64,000 nt of DNA from Tagaea sp. (lineage in GTDB: Bacteria > Pseudomonadota > Alphaproteobacteria > CACIAM-22H2), in the NCBI GenBank assembly GCA_965279525.1, contig CBDIIB010000004.1, forward strand, positions 384,001 to 448,000. Direction: 5' to 3'. A program made the position numbers and the translations under genes. The stretch's first letter is position 1; each line of letters opens with the position of its first letter. The notes below the pieces were generated by a model that was not told where the DNA came from, ran no database searches, and saw nothing but the letters and a program-made list of their open reading frames with translations. This document shows, piece after piece, positions 43,973 to 54,799 of the stretch.

Positions 43973-46723
43973 TTGAGCGACCAGATTCCGCCCTCCGTAG
44001 GCCCTACCGACATCTCGCCGGTCTCGATCGAAGACGAGATGAAGCGCAGCTACCTCGATTACGCGATGAGCGTGATCGTGAGCCGCGCTTTGCCGGACGC
44101 ACGCGACGGATTGAAGCCCGTCCACCGCCGCATCCTCTACGCGATGCAGGAAAGCGGCTACGACTGGAACCGCGCCTACCGCAAGTCGGCGCGCATCGTG
44201 GGCGACGTGATGGGCAAGTATCACCCGCACGGCGACAGCGCCATCTACGAGTCCATGGTGCGCATGGCGCAGGACTTCTCGATGCGCCTGCTGATGATCG
44301 ACGGGCAGGGCAATTTCGGCTCGATGGACGGCGATCCGCCGGCGGCCATGCGCTACACCGAAGCGCGCCTGGCCAAGGCCGCGTCGCTGATGCTGACCGA
44401 CATCGACAAGGAAACCGTCGATTTCCAGCCCAACTACGACGACAGCACGGTCGAGCCGACGGTGCTGCCCGCCGTGTTCCCGAACCTGCTGGTCAATGGC
44501 GGCTCGGGCATCGCCGTCGGCATGGCGACGAACATCCCGCCGCATAACCTTGGCGAGATGATCGACGCGTGCGGCGCCTATCTCGACGATCCCGAGATCA
44601 CGCTCGACGATTTGATGAAGCACGTTCCGGGCCCCGACTTCCCCACCGGCGGCATCGTGATGGGCCGCGGTGGCCTGCGCGAGGCCTACCGCACGGGGCG
44701 CGGCTCGATCCTGCTGCGCGGGCGCAGCCACATCGAGGAGCTGCGCAAGGACCGCGAGGCGATCGTCGTCACCGAGATCCCGTACCAGCAGAACAAGGCC
44801 CGGCTGATGGAGCGCATCGCCGAGTGCGTCAACGACAAGATCATCGAGGGCATTTCCGACCTGCGCGACGAATCCGACCGCGACGGCGTGCGCGTGGTGA
44901 TCGAACTGAAGCGCGACGCGAACCCCGAGATCGTGCTGAACCAGCTCTACAAGTACACCGGCCTGCAGACCTCGTTCGGCTACAACATGCTGGCGCTGGA
45001 CCAGGGCAAGCCCGTGCTGATGGGCCTCAAGGAACTGATCCGCTGCTTCGTGGAGTTCCGCGAGGAAGTCATCACGCGGCGCACGCGCTATCTGCTGCGC
45101 GAGGCGCGCAAGCGCGCGCACACGTTGATCGGCCTTGCGGTGTCGGTCGTCAATCTCGACCCGGTGATCGAACTGATCCGCAAGTCGCCCGACCCGGTCG
45201 TGGCGCGCGAGCGCCTGATCGAGCGCGCCTGGCCGGTCGCCGACATCGGCGCCTATATCGAGATGGTCGGCGAACCCGGGCGCAGCGTCGTCGATGGTAC
45301 GTACCGGCTTTCCGAAGAGCAGGCCAAGGCGATCCTGGAACTTCGCCTGCAGCGCCTCACCGGTCTCGAGCGCGACAAGATCCTAGGCGAGCTCAAGGAC
45401 ATCGTCGCCCAGATCGCCGACTTCATCGAGATCCTGGGTTCGCGCGAACGGCTCTACGCGATCCTGCGCGGCGAGCTCGATGCCTACAAGGCCGAGTTCG
45501 CCGACAAGCGCCGCACGACGCTCGAAGAGGGCGACGGCGAGCAGGACATCGAGGACCTGATCCAGCCCGAGGACATGGTCGTCACCGTCACGCATGCCGG
45601 CTACATCAAGCGCACGCCGCTGTCGAGCTACCGCGCCCAGCGCCGCGGCGGCAAGGGCCGCTCGGGCATGGCGACGCGCGAGGAGGATTTCGTCAGCCAG
45701 GTGTTCGTCGCGAACACGCACGCGCCGGTGCTGTTCTTCACGACGCGCGGGCTCGTCTTCCTGCTCAAATGCTACAAGCTGCCGCTCGGCAACCCGCAGA
45801 ACCGCGGCAAGCCGATGGTCCAGCTGCTGCCGCTGGCCGACGGCGAGCGCATCGCGACGGTGCTGGCCCTGCCGACCGACGCCACGCTGTGGGACAAGCT
45901 CCACATCGTGTTCGCGACGTCCGCCGGCAACGTGCGGCGCAACGCGCTGTCGGATTTCACGAACATCATGTCCAAGGGCAAGATCGCCATGAAGCTGGAG
46001 GAGGCGGGCGAACGTCTCGTCGCCGTCCAGCCCTGCCAGGATACGCAAGACGTCGTGCTCGCCACGCGCGAGGGAAAGTGCATCCGCTTCGCGGTCGACG
46101 ACGTGCGCGTCTTCGCCAGCCGCAATTCCACGGGCGTGCGCGGCATCAAGCTCGGCAAGGACGACGAGGTCATCTCGATGGCGCTGCTGCGCCACATGGA
46201 CCTCGAGACGGTCGAACGCGAGGCGTTCCTGCGCATGGCCCGCCAGCGCCGCGGCATGAGCGACGAGGCGGCGGCCGAGACGGCCGAAGCCGAAACGCCG
46301 GAAGCCGTCGCCGGTGCCGCCCTCGTGCTGTCGGAAGAACGCTATGCCGAGCTTGCGGCGGCCGAGGAAGTGCTGCTCGCCATCACGAGCAAGGGCTTCG
46401 GCAAGCGCAGTTCGTCCTACGAATACCGGCTCACCGGCCGCGGCGGCTCGGGCATCGCCAACATCGAGACGACCGACAAGAACGGCGTGGTCGTGGCCTC
46501 GTTCCCGGTGCGCGACGGGGACCAGCTGATGATCGTGTCGGACGGCGGCACGCTGATCCGCACGCCGGTCGATGACATCCGCATCGCGCGCCGCCAGACC
46601 CAGGGCGTGACCGTCTTCCGCGTCGGCGACGGCGAGAAGGTGGTTTCGGTCGCCCGCCTGGGCGATCTTGGCGGCGACGACACCGCCGAAGCGCCGGGGG
46701 CACCGGCCGGGGAGGGAAAATGA
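43973..46723 (+). CDS. gyrA: DNA gyrase subunit A
   Basis: [26 protein letters not shown], GyrA box QRRGGKG. Confidence 0.98.
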   Translation: MSDQIPPSVGPTDISPVSIEDEMKRSYLDYAMSVIVSRALPDARDGLKPVHRRILYAMQESGYDWNRAYRKSARIVGDVMGKYHPHGDSAIYESMVRMAQDFSMRLLMIDGQGNFGSMDGDPPAAMRYTEARLAKAASLMLTDIDKETVDFQPNYDDSTVEPTVLPAVFPNLLVNGGSGIAVGMATNIPPHNLGEMIDACGAYLDDPEITLDDLMKHVPGPDFPTGGIVMGRGGLREAYRTGRGSILLRGRSHIEELRKDREAIVVTEIPYQQNKARLMERIAECVNDKIIEGISDLRDESDRDGVRVVIELKRDANPEIVLNQLYKYTGLQTSFGYNMLALDQGKPVLMGLKELIRCFVEFREEVITRRTRYLLREARKRAHTLIGLAVSVVNLDPVIELIRKSPDPVVARERLIERAWPVADIGAYIEMVGEPGRSVVDGTYRLSEEQAKAILELRLQRLTGLERDKILGELKDIVAQIADFIEILGSRERLYAILRGELDAYKAEFADKRRTTLEEGDGEQDIEDLIQPEDMVVTVTHAGYIKRTPLSSYRAQRRGGKGRSGMATREEDFVSQVFVANTHAPVLFFTTRGLVFLLKCYKLPLGNPQNRGKPMVQLLPLADGERIATVLALPTDATLWDKLHIVFATSAGNVRRNALSDFTNIMSKGKIAMKLEEAGERLVAVQPCQDTQDVVLATREGKCIRFAVDDVRVFASRNSTGVRGIKLGKDDEVISMALLRHMDLETVEREAFLRMARQRRGMSDEAAAETAEAETPEAVAGAALVLSEERYAELAAAEEVLLAITSKGFGKRSSSYEYRLTGRGGSGIANIETTDKNGVVVASFPVRDGDQLMIVSDGGTLIRTPVDDIRIARRQTQGVTVFRVGDGEKVVSVARLGDLGGDDTAEAPGAPAGEGK

Positions 46724-47286
46724 GCGGACCGCGCGTCGCGATCTATCCCGGCACGTTCGATCCGGCCACCAACGGGCATATCGACATCATCCACCGCGGC
46801 GCGCTGGTCGTCGACAAGCTGGTCGTCGGCGTGGCCGTCAATGCCGGCAAGGGGCCGCTCTTCTCGCTGGAAGAGCGCGTGGCGATCATGCGTGCGGAAG
46901 TCGCCGCGATGCCGGACGTCGCCGCCCGCATCGAGGTCCGCCCGTTCGAAACGCTGCTGATGAAGTTCGCCCAGTCGGTGGGGGCGCGCATCATCGTGCG
47001 CGGCTTACGCGCCGTTTCGGATTTCGAGTACGAGTTCCAGATGGCCGGCATGAACAAGCGCCTCGACCCCAAGGTGGAGACGCTGTTCCTGATGGCCTCG
47101 GAGACCCAGCAGTTCATCTCGTCGCGCTTCGTCAAGGAAGTGGGGCGGCTGGGCGGCGACATCTCGCATTTCGTCAGCCCGCGCGTGGATGCGGCCATGC
47201 GGGCCAAATTCGCCGCCGCAAGGCCCGCCGGCGGCGACGCCGAGCCCACGCTGCTGCCCGTCTCCGTCACGCGGGCACCGCTGTAA
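46720..47286 (+). CDS. coaD: Phosphopantetheine adenylyltransferase
   Basis: [31 protein letters not shown]. Confidence 0.96.
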   Translation: MSGPRVAIYPGTFDPATNGHIDIIHRGALVVDKLVVGVAVNAGKGPLFSLEERVAIMRAEVAAMPDVAARIEVRPFETLLMKFAQSVGARIIVRGLRAVSDFEYEFQMAGMNKRLDPKVETLFLMASETQQFISSRFVKEVGRLGGDISHFVSPRVDAAMRAKFAAARPAGGDAEPTLLPVSVTRAPL

Positions 47287-47358
47287 GCCGATGTCACGCC
47301 AAGGCGGTTGACCCCGGGCAGGTGCGGCCCTAGTTTTCGCACCGTCTCGTCGAGGCAT

Positions 47359-47434
47359 GAGCCCGTAGCTCAATTGGTAGAGCACGACACTTTTAATGTT
47401 GGGGTTCCGGGTTCGAGTCCCGGCGGGCTCACCA
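47359..47434 (+). tRNA. tRNA-Lys(UUU)
   Basis: GAGCCCG/CGGGCTC acceptor stem, D-arm AGCTCAATTGGTAGAGC, anticodon loop CTTTTAA, GGTTCGAGTCC T-arm, encoded CCA; 76 nt. Confidence 0.95.
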
Positions 47435-47451
47435 GCATTTCCGGATGAAGT

Positions 47452-49602
47452 TCATTTCATTTCGGGTGTGTATCGCGGAACCTGCCGGATCCGGCACATC
47501 GGCTCGAACTTCCCTTTGGAAAGCCGTAGCAGGGCCTTTTCAGGCTTTTCGCGCTGGTACGCCCGCCCGCTTGTCAACTCGACGTAGTTGCGCCCGTTAG
47601 CGGCCAGTATTGCGGCATCGGCGCCACCGCATATCCACCATTTCGATTGAAGCTCCAGAAGCGAACTATTGGGCTCTCCTTTGATCATGGAACTCCCTTC
47701 GATCAGCGAAACGCCGGAGTGATCGCATCCGCAGCCGGCGCCACTGAAAATTCCGAAATGGCCGATCCGCCGGACCTGTCCCGGGCTTTCAAATGTGACT
47801 TCGGCATCGCCGTCGAAACTCGCAAAGTCGCGACCCGTTATCGCGTCGACGGTTTCCTGCTGCATGGTCTTTGCGTCCAACTTCCGCCATTTCACGCGCT
47901 GCTCCAGCGTGCCCGCAAGAAACGCGCCGCAAAGCGGCGCGGACAGATTCTCGGCAAGTCGGGCGGTAAAGCTGCGCCGGAAGGTGCAGATCGTGCCGCG
48001 GCCGGGTTCGACGATCTGGCTTGGCCCCTTGTCGATCACGCCGAGGACATAGGACTTGTTCCGGAACGGAACGATCAGGATTTCGTCGGCGTTATATCCG
48101 TCCACGTCATCGGCTTGATAAGCAGCGGGTCCGTCGTCGAACTCATGGAGACCGTCGACCCTGATGTAAGGGTTCGAGCAGGAGCTGCGCGCATATCCGA
48201 CCGAGAACGTCTTTCTCTCGCCGTCTACGATCGCAGCACCTTTCCCTGTTCTAATGAAATTCTGGCCATCGTTGTTGAAGGCATCCGCAACGTAGTCGCA
48301 GACCGACGCGGCCGATTTGACCGCGTTTGGCAGATTGAACGCCGCAAGAGTGGATGCTTTCGGCGCTTCCCTGCCGGAAAGTTCACGGTATCGTGCATAC
48401 TCAACGGAAGCTTCCTGCCACATCGACGCCTTGTCGTCCTCCGACGCCGCGCTGCGCAGCGTATTCTGAAGCGCATCGGCGAGATTGAGATGCGCGACGG
48501 CACGGCCGGGAGACAGTTCGACGACTTTCCGCAGAACGGGAACGGCCTGGTCGGACTTCCTTGACCAGTCGAGCATGTACCCATAGTCGTTCAGGATGCG
48601 GATGCGCATGGCTTCCGAAACATCCGCCATGGGCCCATCCATCAAACGGAGCACACCCGCAGCTTCGAGTGCCCTCGTCGTCGGGCGAGACCCGAAGCTG
48701 CGGATCTCGAGATCCTGGAAGACGGCAAGGGCCTTGGCGTGGGTACGAATCAGGTTTCTGCCGGTGACCGGCCGCGGAAGAGTGGATTGGATCCGGAAAT
48801 GCCCGCGTCGGAGAGTCAGCACGGCGTCGAGCGTAGCAAGTATCCTTGCGGAATCGACATAGGTGTCGGGGCTGAAAGACCGAACGACCTTCCCGTCGCT
48901 CCAGAAATTGAGCGCGCCATCGCTGTCAAAGGACAGCTGGAACGGTCCGAATACGTCGGTGATTGTTTCGTCCCCGTGGTGCGCGTCCGGCAGAAAATAC
49001 CGGAAGAAAGGTGGAAAAGTGCGAGCCGGTGGAGGATCGAAGGATTTCGGCGCAGATGGATCGCCAATGTCCAGGCCCACGCGCGTGCGCTTTTCGCTGT
49101 TTGTGAGAACGATCCTGTTCCCGTCCGGCGAAATTTCCGCGGGCCACGACTTCGACAACTCCGGAATGTCGGAAATTTCCGATATTTTACGGGGCTGGCC
49201 CGGCTTGGTTATGTCGTACACGACGAATGCCGATCCCGTGGGCCGTGACGTGAAGAAGATCAGTCGCTCGCCATGAACGCGCAGCGAGCCGACCCACTGC
49301 TTGCCAAGATCCGTTTCAAATACTTTCCGCGGCACGGCCGGATTGGAAAGATCAAATATCCAGATGCCGGCGGCGTAGTCAGGATCCTCGAGCTTCCTCG
49401 TAGACCAAGCCACGAAAAGAAAGTTCTGATCGGATGTAAGATCGTAACTGACCCGCGAGATTTGGTGATGCGGGATATTGAAATCGACGCTGCCGATGTT
49501 TTTTATGTCTCGAGCCGGGGCACCGTTTGCCGGATTCTGCTGGGCGGGCAGAAAAACAGTCCAGATCAACAGGCAGGCGAAAGTCAATTGACGCATGTTC
49601 AT
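47452..49602 (-). CDS. Large exported hypothetical protein (LVIVD-like repeats, TPR-like segment, Cys-containing C-terminal domain)
   Basis: Signal-peptide-like N-terminus; IWIFDLSNPAVP, VVYDITKPGQP, GLDIGDPSAP repeats; NDYGY...LRKVVELSPGRAVAHLNLADAL TPR-like; start could be 49653. Confidence 0.65.
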   Translation of the reverse strand: MNMRQLTFACLLIWTVFLPAQQNPANGAPARDIKNIGSVDFNIPHHQISRVSYDLTSDQNFLFVAWSTRKLEDPDYAAGIWIFDLSNPAVPRKVFETDLGKQWVGSLRVHGERLIFFTSRPTGSAFVVYDITKPGQPRKISEISDIPELSKSWPAEISPDGNRIVLTNSEKRTRVGLDIGDPSAPKSFDPPPARTFPPFFRYFLPDAHHGDETITDVFGPFQLSFDSDGALNFWSDGKVVRSFSPDTYVDSARILATLDAVLTLRRGHFRIQSTLPRPVTGRNLIRTHAKALAVFQDLEIRSFGSRPTTRALEAAGVLRLMDGPMADVSEAMRIRILNDYGYMLDWSRKSDQAVPVLRKVVELSPGRAVAHLNLADALQNTLRSAASEDDKASMWQEASVEYARYRELSGREAPKASTLAAFNLPNAVKSAASVCDYVADAFNNDGQNFIRTGKGAAIVDGERKTFSVGYARSSCSNPYIRVDGLHEFDDGPAAYQADDVDGYNADEILIVPFRNKSYVLGVIDKGPSQIVEPGRGTICTFRRSFTARLAENLSAPLCGAFLAGTLEQRVKWRKLDAKTMQQETVDAITGRDFASFDGDAEVTFESPGQVRRIGHFGIFSGAGCGCDHSGVSLIEGSSMIKGEPNSSLLELQSKWWICGGADAAILAANGRNYVELTSGRAYQREKPEKALLRLSKGKFEPMCRIRQVPRYTPEMK

Positions 49603-49892
49603 CTGAGAGCCTCCGTTTACCGGACCGAGCGGAAATAGAATCCGGATCGGCAATGGAAGATTTTAGCAAAATGCCTCTGCTTATCAAAGGATGTGACGGC
49701 GATGGATAAGATGCGGCATCCTGCATTGCAAAGCCTTGCACCCCGAAGGTCGGCGATCTTCTGCGCTGATCGCGCCGAAGGGGCCCAGTCGCGCCGGATT
49801 CGACCACAAAATGCCCGGGGTGAGCCTTGGCACCGACGCCGAGACTGCGGATTCCCACACTGTGACAGGCGGCCGGCGGAGCGGAATCAGAC

Positions 49893-49907
49893 CGGCACGG
49901 GAATTGC
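49893..49907 (+). promoter_or_regulatory. Putative sigma54 (-24/-12) promoter
   Basis: CGGCACGGGAATTGC, one mismatch to TGGCACG-N4-TTGC. Confidence 0.5.
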
Positions 49908-49996
49908 GGTGATAGCGGTGGACGCACTGGTTCGAAGTCGCTAATGAATCGTCCGACGCTCGCGTATGTCTTCGCGGCGAACGCTTGGGGTTATGG

Positions 49997-50290
49997 ATGC
50001 CACTCGATTTCAGTGCCGGCCGCGCCCACTACGATGCGGTCCAGAACGGGATCGTCATCGACGTGCGCGACGGCACCAAGCACGTGCCGTGCGTGATCGA
50101 GAAGCAGGCCCTCGCCGATTTCGAGGGCGTGTCGAACGTGTCGCCGGGATCGCTCGTGTCGATCTACCGCAGCCACGCCGAACGCATCAACAAGCTGATC
50201 GCCACGCTCTATGCCGGCGGCCATGCCGACGCGAAGCATGGCCTCCGGATCACCAGCAAGGTCCTCAACGGCGTGCGCCGGAAGACCTGA
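49997..50290 (+). CDS. DUF1488-like small protein
   Basis: V.CVI...AL.DF...Y..H..RI pattern, about 97 aa. Confidence 0.6.
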   Translation: MPLDFSAGRAHYDAVQNGIVIDVRDGTKHVPCVIEKQALADFEGVSNVSPGSLVSIYRSHAERINKLIATLYAGGHADAKHGLRITSKVLNGVRRKT

Positions 50291-50315
50291 ATTTCCGTCG
50301 ACGCGGAGACGCGCC

Positions 50316-50861
50316 ATGAACATCGACAAGATCAGGATCGGCACGAAGCCGCCGCACGACGTCAACGTCATCATCGAGATCCCGCTGGGCGGAGAGCCGG
50401 TGAAGTACGAGATCGACAAGCGCTCGGGCGCGCTGTTCGTCGACCGTTTCCTGCACACCGCGATGCACTATCCGGCGAATTACGGCTTCATCCCGCACAC
50501 GCTGTCGGGCGACGGCGATCCGGTCGACGTGGTCGTGGTCGGCCACGTGCCGGTGGTTCCCGGTGCCGTCATCCGCTCGCGCCCGATCGGCGCACTGCTG
50601 ATGGAAGACGAGGCGGGGGCGGACGAGAAGATCCTGGCCGTGCCGGTCGACAAGCTGCACCCGTTCTATTCGGGCGTGCGCGACTACACGGATCTTCCCC
50701 CCATCCTGATCGAGCAGATCGCCCACTTCTTCAAGCATTACAAGGATCTGGAGAAGGGGAAGTGGGTCACGATCGTCAAATGGGTCGATGCCAAGGGCGC
50801 AGCCAAGATGATCCAGGAAGGCATCGCTCGCGCTCGAAAGGGTCGCAAGAAACACGGCTAA
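50316..50861 (+). CDS. ppa: Inorganic pyrophosphatase
   Basis: [33 protein letters not shown]. Confidence 0.96.
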   Translation: MNIDKIRIGTKPPHDVNVIIEIPLGGEPVKYEIDKRSGALFVDRFLHTAMHYPANYGFIPHTLSGDGDPVDVVVVGHVPVVPGAVIRSRPIGALLMEDEAGADEKILAVPVDKLHPFYSGVRDYTDLPPILIEQIAHFFKHYKDLEKGKWVTIVKWVDAKGAAKMIQEGIARARKGRKKHG

Positions 50862-50975
50862 CAGACTGGAATTGAAGAAAATTAGAGGCAGATTCGAAAC
50901 GATACTTGGTGACAGGAACGCGGTTCGGCGGGAACATCGGGCGACCATCGAAATTCGTCCCTTTGGAGAATCCCA

Positions 50976-51203
50976 ATGGCAGTTTCATCCGCCAACGGCG
51001 CATCCGGACTGACCGCCAGCTTCCTGCCCGTGCTCAAGGCCAGCCTGCAGCGCGGCGAAGAACAGAACAGCGTTTCGCAGGCCGTGACGCAGACGGTCGA
51101 GCAGCAGGTCCAGTCGAGCATCGCGTCGGCCGCAAGCGAAAGCAACGACGCGGCAAGCGTGGCGCTGACCGGCCGCGGCCAGAAGCTGGACATCTCCGCC
51201 TGA
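50976..51203 (+). CDS. Small Ser/Ala/Gln-rich protein, YjfB-like C-terminus
   Basis: GGAG RBS; ends GRGQKLDISA, resembling the G-x-x-[LI]D-x-x-A terminus of putative motility proteins. Confidence 0.6.
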   Translation: MAVSSANGASGLTASFLPVLKASLQRGEEQNSVSQAVTQTVEQQVQSSIASAASESNDAASVALTGRGQKLDISA

Positions 51204-51245
51204 ACGCCTGACAAGGCGGCAATGCGGCGTTAAGCTTCCCGCCGC

Positions 51246-52223
51246 ATGATTCGTGTCGTCATTCTCGGAGCTACCGGTTTTGTCGGCCGCAATGTGGCCG
51301 AGGCGTTCGCTGACGACCCGGCCTATACCGTCGTCGGCATCCGGCACCGCCGGGCGGCCTTTTCCCATCCGCGCATAAGCTGGATCGATGCCGACCTGAC
51401 GACGGAGCAGGGCGTGGCGGCCGCCCTCGACGGCGCCGACATCGTCATCCACGCGGCCGCCGCGACCGCCGGGGCGGGTGCAAATCTGGGCGATCCGCTG
51501 TCGATGATCGTCGACAACCAGGTCCTCAACGGCCGTGTCTTCGCCGCAGCGCACCGGATGCGCGTGCCGCACGTCGTGTGGTTCTCGTGCTCGGTCATGT
51601 ATCCCTCGTCGCCGAAACCCCAGCGCGAGGCGGATTTCGATCCGAACGCCGAGATCCATCCGGCCTATGCCGGTGTCGCGATCACCAAGGTCTATTTCGA
51701 GCGGATGTGCGCCTGGTATGCCGGCCTGGGCGGCACGCGCTTCACCGTGCTGCGACATTCCAACGTCTACGGCCCGCACGACAAGTACGACCTGGCGCGC
51801 AGCCACGTGTTCGGCGCCACCGTCACCAAGGCGCTGACGGCGACCGACGGGCGCCTCGTGCTGTGGGGAACCGGGCGCGCGGCGCGCGATCTCGTGCATG
51901 CCGACGACCTGTGTGCGGCCGTCAAGGCGGCGGTCGCGGCACCTGCGAAGCCCTTCGCGCTCTACAATGTCGGGGCAGGGACGGCCGTGACGACGCGCGA
52001 GCTTGCCGAGCGCATCGTTTCCGCCGCCGGCCGCCCGCTCGAGATCGTGCTCGACCCGGGCCGGCCGACGATCGATACCGAACTGTCGCTCGACTGCACG
52101 CGCATCGCGACCGAACTCGGCTGGCGCCCGCGCGTCGGCCTCGACGAGGGGATCGCGCGCACGATCGCGTGGTGGCGCCAGAACCGGCCGCTCGAAAGCG
52201 CGCCGACGGTACATGCGAAATGA
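51246..52223 (+). CDS. NAD-dependent epimerase/dehydratase (GDP-fucose-synthase-like)
   Basis: GATGFVG, SCSVMYP, RHSNVYGPHD, SHVF, WGTG...RDLVH..D, YNVGAG. Confidence 0.88.
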   Translation: MIRVVILGATGFVGRNVAEAFADDPAYTVVGIRHRRAAFSHPRISWIDADLTTEQGVAAALDGADIVIHAAAATAGAGANLGDPLSMIVDNQVLNGRVFAAAHRMRVPHVVWFSCSVMYPSSPKPQREADFDPNAEIHPAYAGVAITKVYFERMCAWYAGLGGTRFTVLRHSNVYGPHDKYDLARSHVFGATVTKALTATDGRLVLWGTGRAARDLVHADDLCAAVKAAVAAPAKPFALYNVGAGTAVTTRELAERIVSAAGRPLEIVLDPGRPTIDTELSLDCTRIATELGWRPRVGLDEGIARTIAWWRQNRPLESAPTVHAK

Positions 52224-53137
52224 AGGTCAGCCTCGTCCTTCCCAGCCTGTTCCCGACGCTGATCGACGGCGCCATCGCGGCCGCGCATGAAGCGGCAGCC
52301 GGCATCGAGCACGAGATCATCGTCGTCTCGCCCTACGAGATCTCGCGCCCTGGCGTGCGCTGGGTTCCGGAAACGGCGCCGCGCGGTTCCATCGCGGCAT
52401 GCAATCTGGGCTTCTCGCACGCCAGCGGCGACGTGATCGCGCTGATCGCGGACGACAACCGCCTGACGGAAGGTGCCCTTCGCCTGTCGCTGGCGCATCT
52501 GGCCGCGCGCGAAGGGGCTTGCCCGACGCTGCTGCTGGGATTCCCGCGCCGGGTCCGGCATCTCACGTTCGTGGGCTCGGTCTACGGGCGCTACTATCCG
52601 TATTTCTTCGTGGCGCGGCCTTCGACGCTGGCGCGCGTGGGCGGTGCCTTCGACGAGGGGTTCCGCAAGCATTTCGCCGATCCCGATCTGGGCATGCGCG
52701 TCTGGGCGGCCGGCGGGCGCTGCGAGATCGTGCGCGAGGCGACGATCGTCGATGTCGACACGCGCGGCGCCGCCGGCACCGCACCGGACAAGGCGCTGGG
52801 GTCCCAGGCGGCCGATTTCGCGCGCTTCGCGCAGCGCTGGGGACCGGGCTTTCCGGGCTGGGGCGACATGTCCGACGGCATCAATCTCGACCTCGCGGTC
52901 GACCTGCTGCCGCTGCTGGGGGCGGGCGACACCGTTGAAGTGCGCGATCCGGCGAAGATCGTCGACCTGCGGATCCTCGGCGCGCTGACGCTGATATCGC
53001 TGCACCACGGCGTGCCGGTCGGGATGGGGCGTGCGCTGCAGGCGCTCGAATATCTGCGCTGGCTGTCGGGGGTTGCCCCGGATGTCCTCAATATCGTGGT
53101 ATCCGGCGGTAACCGGGCGACCCTGGCACGCCCCTGA
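52220..53137 (+). CDS. Glycosyltransferase family 2
   Basis: VSLVLPS, EIIVV, ACNLG...ASGDVIALIADD, GGAFDEGF...FADPDL..R; ATGA overlap. Confidence 0.75.
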   Translation: MKVSLVLPSLFPTLIDGAIAAAHEAAAGIEHEIIVVSPYEISRPGVRWVPETAPRGSIAACNLGFSHASGDVIALIADDNRLTEGALRLSLAHLAAREGACPTLLLGFPRRVRHLTFVGSVYGRYYPYFFVARPSTLARVGGAFDEGFRKHFADPDLGMRVWAAGGRCEIVREATIVDVDTRGAAGTAPDKALGSQAADFARFAQRWGPGFPGWGDMSDGINLDLAVDLLPLLGAGDTVEVRDPAKIVDLRILGALTLISLHHGVPVGMGRALQALEYLRWLSGVAPDVLNIVVSGGNRATLARP

Positions 53138-53253
53138 GCGCGCTTTTATCCCGCGCATTCGCCGAGTCGTTCGTGATAAAATCCCTTCCATCGGTGGTGT
53201 AGCGGACGCTTTGCGCCACACGAATGCATTTTGTTTCAGGGGCTTGTGGGAAC

Positions 53254-54000
53254 ATGGCGCCGCCGCAGAAATCCGTCTTCACGGCCGAGAAGCTGCTGAT
53301 GCGCAACGGCGCGATCAAGCCGAACGGCGGGGCGATGCCCGTCGTCGCGGCTGCGCTCAATGGTGCTTCGCATGCCGACGACGGACGCACGGCCGCCGCG
53401 ATCGAAGGGCTGCGGGGCGACATCCAGGGCATCGCGCGCAAGATCGACAGCTTCGTCAATCTCGACCACAACGAGATCGACCGGGTGCGCAACGAGGTGC
53501 TGGGGATCGCCAGCCGGATCGAGCAGACCAAGCGCGAGATCGGCGCGCTCAAGCACCCGCTGGCGCAGGAAGACAAGCTTTCCAGCGCTTCGATGGAACT
53601 GTCGTCCGTCGTGGCGCAGACCGAGGACGCCACGTCGCGTATTTTCGACGGCGTCGAGCGCATCGAGGAAATCTCGCGCGAGGTCCGCGCGATGAACATC
53701 GACGAATTCGCCAAGGACCGCGTGTCGGAGATATCCGACATGTGCACCGGCATCATCGAGGCCTGCTCGTTCCAGGACCTGACCGGCCAGCGCATCAACA
53801 AGGTCGTGCGCACGCTGGCCTTCATCGAGGAGCGCGTGCAGAAGATGCTCGAGATCTGGGGGCCGGGCGAGATCGGGCAAATGCCGCTGCCCGACGAGAA
53901 CCCGCTCCACGTCAAGGATACCGGCGGCGTCGTGCTGCACGGTCCGCAGGATGCGGACAAGACCAATTCCCAGGCGGATATCGACAAGCTGTTCGACTGA
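53254..54000 (+). CDS. cheZ: Protein phosphatase CheZ (alphaproteobacterial type)
   Basis: TEDAT..I, ACSFQDLTGQRINKV (D-x-x-x-Q), LHGPQ, C-terminal SQADIDKLFD. Confidence 0.85.
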   Translation: MAPPQKSVFTAEKLLMRNGAIKPNGGAMPVVAAALNGASHADDGRTAAAIEGLRGDIQGIARKIDSFVNLDHNEIDRVRNEVLGIASRIEQTKREIGALKHPLAQEDKLSSASMELSSVVAQTEDATSRIFDGVERIEEISREVRAMNIDEFAKDRVSEISDMCTGIIEACSFQDLTGQRINKVVRTLAFIEERVQKMLEIWGPGEIGQMPLPDENPLHVKDTGGVVLHGPQDADKTNSQADIDKLFD

Positions 54001-54269
54001 TGAGCGATTCACCCGACATCCTGCTGGCCAAGGCGATCCGCAAGGCCGACACCCGGTATTTCTTCGAGGACTACACCAAGCAGGCGTATGCCGCGATCGA
54101 AGCGCTCGACCGCGCCGGCTTCATGATCGTCCCGAAGGTTCCCACGCGCGAGATGTTCGACGCCGCCAAGAAGGCGATCGTCTACGGGCAGAACAAGCCC
54201 GGGAACATCGTGCTGCCGATCTGGGAGGCGATGGTCGACGCTGCCCCCGGTCCCTACGGCGACGACTGA
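54000..54269 (+). CDS. Small hypothetical protein coupled to cheZ
   Basis: TGATG overlap with cheZ; GC3-rich codons; 89 aa. Confidence 0.7.
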   Translation: MSDSPDILLAKAIRKADTRYFFEDYTKQAYAAIEALDRAGFMIVPKVPTREMFDAAKKAIVYGQNKPGNIVLPIWEAMVDAAPGPYGDD

Positions 54270-54272
54270 CCG

Positions 54273-54746
54273 TCAGGTTTTGCGGGGCATGCGCGGACGT
54301 TCGTCCGGGGGCAGGCGCATCAGGCGAGTCGTCGATGTCGCACTGACGTGCGTGTAGCCATAAGCCGCGGTGCGCCCCTGCGCGTCCAGGGCCGCGACCT
54401 CGATCCGGATGCTGAAGCTCTGCGACTCACCCGGACATATGCCGCGGTAGCCCTCGAGCGCGCCTTCGGGAATCTCGCCGCCCGCCAGCCGGACGTCGAA
54501 ATCCACCGGCGGCGCATAGATGACGCTGGTATTGGTCATCCGGACCCTGTAGCGGCCGGGCCCCGGCGCTTCGTCGAGTGCGATGGGCGGCGATACGCCG
54601 AGCGCGCACAGATGCCGGATGTCGAGGAAGCTGCGCACGCCCATCTGGGGGACGTTCGCAGGGCCGGGCCGCTCGCTGGCGCAGGCCGCAAGGACCGACA
54701 GGGCGATCGCCGCGACGGCGGCGGCGCGTATGGTTCCAAAATCCAT
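54273..54746 (-). CDS. Lipoprotein, possibly distant PEBP/YbhB-like
   Basis: Lipobox LAAC; SPPIAL, GYRGICP, EVAALD. Confidence 0.6.
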   Translation of the reverse strand: MDFGTIRAAAVAAIALSVLAACASERPGPANVPQMGVRSFLDIRHLCALGVSPPIALDEAPGPGRYRVRMTNTSVIYAPPVDFDVRLAGGEIPEGALEGYRGICPGESQSFSIRIEVAALDAQGRTAAYGYTHVSATSTTRLMRLPPDERPRMPRKT

Positions 54747-54799
54747 GCGACTGTTCTACCTTGCCCGTCCGATTTGGCAAACTGGGTTCCCGCACCGAC

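Noticed and set aside
44215-44260. Quinolone-resistance change in GyrA
   Set aside because: HGDSAIYE keeps Ser at the 83-equivalent position and an acidic residue at 87
47400-50000. attL/attR duplication of the tRNA-Lys 3' end, or a prophage
   Set aside because: No second copy of the tRNA 3' end, integrase or phage genes seen
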